A stretch of 64,000 bases of DNA, from positions 67,313 through 131,312 of the forward strand of contig JBGAHJ010000013.1 of the NCBI GenBank assembly GCA_044226255.1, given 5' to 3'. The notes below the pieces were generated by a model. The model was not told the origin of the DNA and ran no database searches. It saw only the letters and a program-made list of their open reading frames with translations. This DNA is from Rubrivivax sp. (lineage in GTDB: Bacteria; Pseudomonadota; Gammaproteobacteria; Burkholderiales; Burkholderiaceae_C). This document shows positions 58,089 through 64,000 of this stretch, piece after piece; within the stretch, counting starts at the first letter, position 1, and the number at the start of each line of letters is the position of its first letter. The position numbers were made by a program, and so were the translations under genes.

Positions 58089-60053
58089 ATGCGCATCGCA
58101 CTGGTCCACATGCCATGGGGGGCGCTGGAACGCCCTGCACTCGGCGTCAGCCTGCTGAAGGCGGCCGCGCAGGGGCAGGGCGTTTCGTGCGAGCTGCGCT
58201 ACTGCAACATGCGCTTCGCCGAGCGCATCGGCGCCGAGCCCTACCGCCGCATCACCCACGATCTGCCGCACGTCGCCTTCGCCGGCGAATGGGTCTTCAC
58301 GGAGGCACTGTTCGGGTCCGACGCCCGGCGCGACGCCGGTTATGTCGACGAGGTGCTGCGCGGCGAGTGGCAACTGTCCGAGCCGCAGATCGGGGAACTG
58401 TTCGCGGCCCGCGCACAGGTCGAGGCCTACCTGGACGAACTGCTCGAGGACCCGTCTTGGCAGGACTTCGACCTCGTCGGCTTCACCTCGACCTTCGAGC
58501 AGAACATCGCCTCGCTGGCCCTGGCCCGCCGCATCCGGCTGCGTTGGCCGCATGTCCCGATCGCGTTCGGCGGCGCGAACTGGGAAGGGCCGATGGGCCA
58601 GGAGCTGCACCGGGCCTTCGACTGCGTCGACTTCGCCTTCTCCGGGGAAGCCGACATCGGCTTCCCCCGTCTGCTGCAGGCTCTGCAGCTCCCGCAGCCG
58701 GCCCGCCTGCAGCAGCTGCAGGCGATTCCCGGCCTGGTGTGGCGCCGTGACGGCGCCACCGTGTCCAACGGCCCGGCCGAGCCGGTGGAGGCGATGGACA
58801 GCCTGCCCACGCCCGACCTGTCCGACTACTTCGACGCGCGCGCGCGCAGCGCCGCGGCATCGCAGGTCTCGCCGGTGCTGCTGTTCGAGACGTCCCGCGG
58901 CTGCTGGTGGGGCGCCAAGTCGCACTGCACCTTCTGCGGCCTGAACGGGCACAGCATGGGCTACCGCAGCAAGTCGCCCGCGCGCGTGCTGGCCGAGCTG
59001 GGCGAGATGATCCGGCGCTGGCCCTGCCCCACGCTGGAGGCCGTCGACAACATCCTGGACATGAAGTACTTCGACAGCGTGCTGCCGGCGCTGGAGCAGA
59101 TGGACCTGCCGGGCCCGGTGTTCTACGAGGTCAAGGCCAACATGAAGCGCCACCACGTGGCGGCGCTGCGGCGCGCGCGCATCACGCGCATCCAGCCCGG
59201 CATCGAGAGTCTGAGCGACCACGTGCTGCAGCTGATGGCCAAGGGCACGACTGCGCTGCGCAACGTGCAGCTGCTGAAGTGGTGCCGCGAGTACGACGTG
59301 GCGGTGGACTGGAACCTGCTCTACGGCTTTCCCGGCGAGACCGATGCCGACTACCAGCAGATCGAGGACGTGCTGCGACGCATCGGGCATCTGCAGCTGC
59401 CGGGTGCCTGCGGCCCGATCCGGCTCGACCGCTTCAGCCCCTACTTCGAACGGCCCGCGGCCTATGGCCTGTTCAACGTCCGCCCTCTGCCGGTGTACCG
59501 TTGGATCTACCCGGTTCCCGGCCTGGACCACGCCCGTGTCGCCTACTACTTCCGCTTCGACCATCAAGCCGACCGGGCCCCGAGCCCGCGCGCCTTGCAG
59601 GCGGCCGCATTGGCGGAGTCCATGCGTGCCGCGCCGAACCCGGGCAGTCTCCAGGCGCTGCCGCACCGGGACGGCGGCCTGCACCTGGCCGACACGCGCC
59701 GCGGCGCCCGGACGTCGGCGCTGCGCCTGTCGCCGTTCGAGCGCTGCATCGTGATGGCCATCGACGAAACCGCCTCGCTGGACCAGGTGGTGCGCGCCTT
59801 GCAGCGGGCGTGGCCCGAGCACCGCTTCGACCCCGCTCAGGTGCGCGGCTTCCTGGACGAACTGGTGGCGCTGGACCTGGCCCTCAGCGACGGCCGCGGT
59901 CACTGGCTGGGCCTGGCATTGATGCCTGCGTCCCTGCGCGACGATCTGGAACGGCGCAGCCGGCGGAGCGAGCCGCGGCCGGTGGCCTTGCCGATCCAGG
60001 CGCAGGCCGTCGCGCCGTCGGGCCGCGACAGGGTCGGAGCGGCGCATGCCTGA
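58089..60053 (+). CDS. RiPP-maturation B12-dependent radical SAM C-methyltransferase (TIGR03975-type) with C-terminal RRE-like domain
   Basis: N-terminal cobalamin domain ([26 protein letters not shown]); [21 protein letters not shown] (Cx7Cx2C); IQPGIESLS; [10 protein letters not shown]. Confidence 0.9.
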   Translation: MRIALVHMPWGALERPALGVSLLKAAAQGQGVSCELRYCNMRFAERIGAEPYRRITHDLPHVAFAGEWVFTEALFGSDARRDAGYVDEVLRGEWQLSEPQIGELFAARAQVEAYLDELLEDPSWQDFDLVGFTSTFEQNIASLALARRIRLRWPHVPIAFGGANWEGPMGQELHRAFDCVDFAFSGEADIGFPRLLQALQLPQPARLQQLQAIPGLVWRRDGATVSNGPAEPVEAMDSLPTPDLSDYFDARARSAAASQVSPVLLFETSRGCWWGAKSHCTFCGLNGHSMGYRSKSPARVLAELGEMIRRWPCPTLEAVDNILDMKYFDSVLPALEQMDLPGPVFYEVKANMKRHHVAALRRARITRIQPGIESLSDHVLQLMAKGTTALRNVQLLKWCREYDVAVDWNLLYGFPGETDADYQQIEDVLRRIGHLQLPGACGPIRLDRFSPYFERPAAYGLFNVRPLPVYRWIYPVPGLDHARVAYYFRFDHQADRAPSPRALQAAALAESMRAAPNPGSLQALPHRDGGLHLADTRRGARTSALRLSPFERCIVMAIDETASLDQVVRALQRAWPEHRFDPAQVRGFLDELVALDLALSDGRGHWLGLALMPASLRDDLERRSRRSEPRPVALPIQAQAVAPSGRDRVGAAHA

Positions 60054-60390
60054 AGCGCGCTACGCGGCCCAGGTGGTGCTCGCGGCAGGCCCGGGGGAAC
60101 TCGGCGGCGATGCCGTGGAGCGGGCGCGCCGCGGCTTCGAGGCCCTGGGCTTCCGCACCGGCGAGTGCGTGGGTGACAGCTTCAGCATCGAAGCCGGCGG
60201 CGAGCCCTTCCGGCACGCCTTCGGCGTGGCGCTGGCCCAGCGCGCCGACGGCGCGATGCACGTGCGCGGAGCGCCCGACCAACTGCTGCAGGCCTTGCCC
60301 CTGCAGGCGCTGCCGGCGAGCCTGCGCCAGCAGTTGCGCCACGTCGTGTTCTCGGCCCCGCCGGCCTTCGGGCCCGGTTCGTTCTCGTGA
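60046..60390 (+). CDS. 114-aa protein resembling the subtilase propeptide
   Basis: 8-nt overlap with the rSAM stop; RARRGFEALGF...SFSIEAGGEPFRHAFG aligns by eye to [11 protein letters not shown]...[16 protein letters not shown] of the S8. Confidence 0.7.
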   Translation: MPEARYAAQVVLAAGPGELGGDAVERARRGFEALGFRTGECVGDSFSIEAGGEPFRHAFGVALAQRADGAMHVRGAPDQLLQALPLQALPASLRQQLRHVVFSAPPAFGPGSFS

Positions 60391-61037
60391 GCTGCTGCCC
60401 GCGCTGCGAACTCGAGCGCGAGCTGGCACGGCTGCGGCGCTCGGCGCTGCTGCGGGGCGGGGGCTACGGCATCTGCCGCGGCCTGATCGAACCCGCCTGG
60501 ATCGAGGCGATGCGTCTGGAGGCCCTGAGGGGCGCCCGGCGGCATGACGAACTCGGCGCGGGCAACGACATCGAAGCGGTGCGGGGCGGCACCCCGGCAC
60601 GCAGCCTGATCAGCGTCGAGGGCGGTCCGGTCCAGGACACGCTGGTCGCCCATCCCGCGCTGATGGCCTACGTGTCCGGACTCGTCGGCCTGCCGGTGCG
60701 CCCGTGCGGGCAGCGGGCAAGCTACTCGATCTATGCCGGGCCGCAGGCGCACCTGGACATCCACCGCGACATCGTCGGCTGCGATCTGGCCCTGATCACC
60801 TGCCTGCAGGACGACCGGCCCGATGCCGCCGGCGGGGCGCTCGATGTCTGGCTGGACGACCTGGCGACGCCGTTGTCGGACCTGCGCGCCGCCCCGGAAC
60901 GCGGCCGCCGGCGCTTGGCCCTGGCGCCGGGCGAGACGCTGCTGCTGCACGGCGGCCTGGTGCCGCACCGCGTGCCGCCGGCCGGGCAGGAGCGTCTGCG
61001 CGTGGTTTCGCTGGCGTGCCTGGAGGTGCTGGCCTGA
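60387..61037 (+). CDS. 2-oxoglutarate/Fe(II)-dependent oxygenase
   Basis: GTGA overlap; LDIHRD (HxD), LVPHRV (His), RVVSL (Arg); DSBH-like strand pattern. Confidence 0.75.
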   Translation: MSCCPRCELERELARLRRSALLRGGGYGICRGLIEPAWIEAMRLEALRGARRHDELGAGNDIEAVRGGTPARSLISVEGGPVQDTLVAHPALMAYVSGLVGLPVRPCGQRASYSIYAGPQAHLDIHRDIVGCDLALITCLQDDRPDAAGGALDVWLDDLATPLSDLRAAPERGRRRLALAPGETLLLHGGLVPHRVPPAGQERLRVVSLACLEVLA

Positions 61038-61046
61038 ACGACGCGC

Positions 61047-61904
61047 TCAGGCGCGCACCAGGCGCGCTTCCAGCGCCTCCCACACCGGCGTCAGCCGCCC
61101 CGGCAGGTCGGGCAGGCTGCCGAGCTCGGTGCGGCTTTCGCCCGGCGCGTGGAAGTCGCTGCCGCGGCTGGCCAGCAGGCCGAACTCGAGCGCCGTGTCG
61201 GCGTACCTGATGTGTTCGGCCGCGCTGTGGCTGCCCGTCATCACCTCCACGCCGCGGCCGCCGTGGGCGATGAACTCGGTGAAGAGCGCGTACTCCTCGG
61301 TGGGCGTGAACTTGTAGCGGCCCGGGTGCGCGATGACGGCGATGCCGCCGGCCTGCGTGATCCAGCGTACCGCTTCGCCGAGCCCGGCCCAGCGCGTGGG
61401 CACGTAGCCCGGGTGGCCTTCGGTGAGGTAGCGGCGGAAGACGCTGTGGGTGTCCGGGCAGACGCCGGTCTCGACCAGGAAGCGCGCGAAATGCGTGCGC
61501 GACACCAGCTCCGGGTTGCCCACGTATTTCAGCGCACCCTCGAGCGCGCCGGCGATGCCCACGGCGGCCAGGCCTTCGGCCATCTGCTGGGCACGCGCGC
61601 GGCGGCCGGCGCGGGTCTTGGCGAGGCCCTCGGCCAGCGTGGCGTTCTCGGTGTCGAAGCCGAGGCCCACGATGTGCACGGTCTGGCCCGCGAAGGTGAC
61701 CGAGATCTCGGTGCCGCTGAGATAGTCGATGCCGAGCGCCAGGGCCGCGTCGCGTGCGCGCGGCTGGCCCGCGATCTCGTCGTGGTCGGTCAGCGACCAG
61801 AGTTCGACGCCGCCGGCATGGGCGCGCTCGGCGAGCTGCTCGGGGGACAGGGTGCCGTCGGAGACGTTGCTGTGGCTGTGGAGATCGGCGTTGAGCAGAT
61901 GCAC
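61047..61904 (-). CDS. PHP-domain phosphoesterase (YciV/TrpH-like)
   Basis: DLHSHS..SDG, LTDHD, GTEIS, HIVGL, IAHPGRY, RGSDFH. Confidence 0.95.
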   Translation of the reverse strand: MHLLNADLHSHSNVSDGTLSPEQLAERAHAGGVELWSLTDHDEIAGQPRARDAALALGIDYLSGTEISVTFAGQTVHIVGLGFDTENATLAEGLAKTRAGRRARAQQMAEGLAAVGIAGALEGALKYVGNPELVSRTHFARFLVETGVCPDTHSVFRRYLTEGHPGYVPTRWAGLGEAVRWITQAGGIAVIAHPGRYKFTPTEEYALFTEFIAHGGRGVEVMTGSHSAAEHIRYADTALEFGLLASRGSDFHAPGESRTELGSLPDLPGRLTPVWEALEARLVRA

Positions 61905-61913
61905 CCGCGGATT

Positions 61914-62589
<676 letters not shown>

Positions 62590-62597
<8 letters not shown>

Positions 62598-63843
62598 AAC
62601 GCAGCGCCTCGGCCGGATTCACGCGGCTCGCGCTCCAGCTCGGGTAGATGGTCGCGGCGAACGACAGCAGCAGCGACACCAGCACCACCGGCACGATGTC
62701 GCCCGCCATCGGCTCGCTGGGCATGCGGCTGATGACGTAGATGCTGCTCGGCAGGAAGCTGGTGTTCAGCAGCCGCTCGATGGCCGGGACGATGGTGCCG
62801 ATGTTGAAGGCCACCAGCAGGCCCAACGCGAGGCCGCTGAAGGTGCCGATCACGCCGGCCGCCGCGCCTTGCACCATGAACACGCCCATGATCGAGCGCG
62901 GGCTGGCGCCCAGGGTGCGCAGGATCGCGATGTCGGCGCGTTTGTCGGTCACCGTCATCACCAGCGTGCTCACCAGGTTGAACGCAGCCACCGCGACGAT
63001 GAGCGTCAGGATGATGCCCATCAGCCGCTTCTCGATCTGCACCGCGTCGAACCAGTTGGCGTTGGTGCGCGTCCAGTCGCGCACGCGCAGGTCGCGGCCC
63101 AGCAGGCGCGACAGCTGGTCGTTGGCGGCGCGCGCGGCGTGCACGTCGGACAGCCGCAGCTGCACGCCGGTGGGGCCGCCCACCTGGAACAGCTTGGCCG
63201 CGTCGTCGATGTGGATCAGCGCCAGGCCGCTGTCGTATTCGTAGTGGCCGGCCTCGAAGATGCCCACCAGCGTGAACTGCTTCAGGCGCGGGATCACCCC
63301 GGCCGCGGTGACCTGCCCGCCGGGCGCCACCACCGTGACCTTGCCGCCGATGTGCGCACCGATCATGCGCGCCAGCTCCACGCCGAGCACGATGTTCCAT
63401 TCGCCCGGCACGAGCTTGTCGATCAGCACCGACTGGCGCCGTGCCAGGTCCGTCACCTGGCCTTCGTACTTCGGGTCGATGCCGCGCACCAGAGCGCCGC
63501 GCAGCTCGTCGCCGCGGCCCACCAGCGCCTGCGCCGCGACGTAGGGCGCGGTGCCGATCACCAGCGGGTTCTGCTTCGTCTGCGCGGCCACCGCCTGCCA
63601 GTCGGGCAGCGCGCCGCCTTCGGTGGCGAAGACCTCGACGTGCGGCACCACGCTCAGCATGCGGTCGCGCACCTCCTTCTGGAAGCCGTTCATCACGGAG
63701 AGCACGATGATCAGCGCCGCGACGCCGAGCGCGATGCCCAGCACCGAGATCAAGCTGATGAAGGAGATGAAACCGTTGCGCCGGCCGGCACGTCCGGCGC
63801 GCGTGTAGCGCCAGCCGATCTGCCACTCGTAGGGTATGTTCAT
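62590..63843 (-). CDS. lolE: Lipoprotein-releasing ABC permease LolC/E
   Basis: [51 protein letters not shown]. Confidence 0.92.
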
Positions 63844-63887
63844 GGATCGGGGGGCGATGCTACCGGACGGGCCGGGATAATCGCGCG

Positions 63888-64000
63888 ATGCACCTGCTCG
63901 TCCCTTTTGCGGCCCCGCTTTCCGACGCCGGCCGCGCGGCCGCCGCCACGCTGGCGCTGCCGCACCTGAAGGAGTTGCTGGCGCGCTGGCGCGAGGTGGG
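63888..64000 (+). CDS. N-terminus of a conserved hypothetical (phosphoglycerate mutase-like) protein, truncated by the window end
   Basis: MHLLVPFAAPLSDAGRAAAATLALPHLKELLARW; divergent from lolC/E. Confidence 0.6.
   Translation, partial: MHLLVPFAAPLSDAGRAAAATLALPHLKELLARWREV

Overview
High-GC betaproteobacterial DNA; gene content (lolC/E-lolD, aat-ate, yaeQ, gluQ, pirin-DoxX-LysR, bciA-like) suggests a Rubrivivax/Sphaerotilaceae-like Burkholderiales genome (inference). I saw no rRNA, tRNA, CRISPR array, integrase or transposase. Layout: (1) 1-17.9 kb, a dense patchwork of regulator/oxidoreductase/hydrolase cassettes (GlxA/AraC/LysR/ECF with SDR, NmrA, DJ-1, MBL, phosphotriesterase, rhodanese) plus a bciA-like vinyl reductase; (2) 17.9-40.6 kb, mostly housekeeping (aat/ate, two tandem prolyl oligopeptidases, dcp, LytS/LytTR, MesD-like Met synthase, pirin module, gluQ, FKBP); (3) 40.6-44.2 kb, an ECF sigma plus Ser/Thr kinase pair ending in a palindromic MITE-like element; (4) 44.2-61.0 kb, the most unusual part, two uncharacterised protease-rich operons flanking a DEAD-box helicase gene; (5) 61-64 kb, PHP, lolD, lolC/E. 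The right operon encodes a subtilase whose C-terminus carries 22 consecutive (V/I)-X-P triplets, a B12-dependent RiPP-type radical SAM C-methyltransferase with a C-terminal RRE-like domain, a stand-alone copy of a subtilase propeptide-like domain, and a 2OG-Fe(II) oxygenase: a candidate protease-fused RiPP precursor system. The left operon encodes four unknown or HExxH proteins and a ~1718-aa PhoD-phosphatase/trypsin-like protease/HExxH fusion joined by Glu-rich linkers. All family calls come from manual motif reading; no searches were run.
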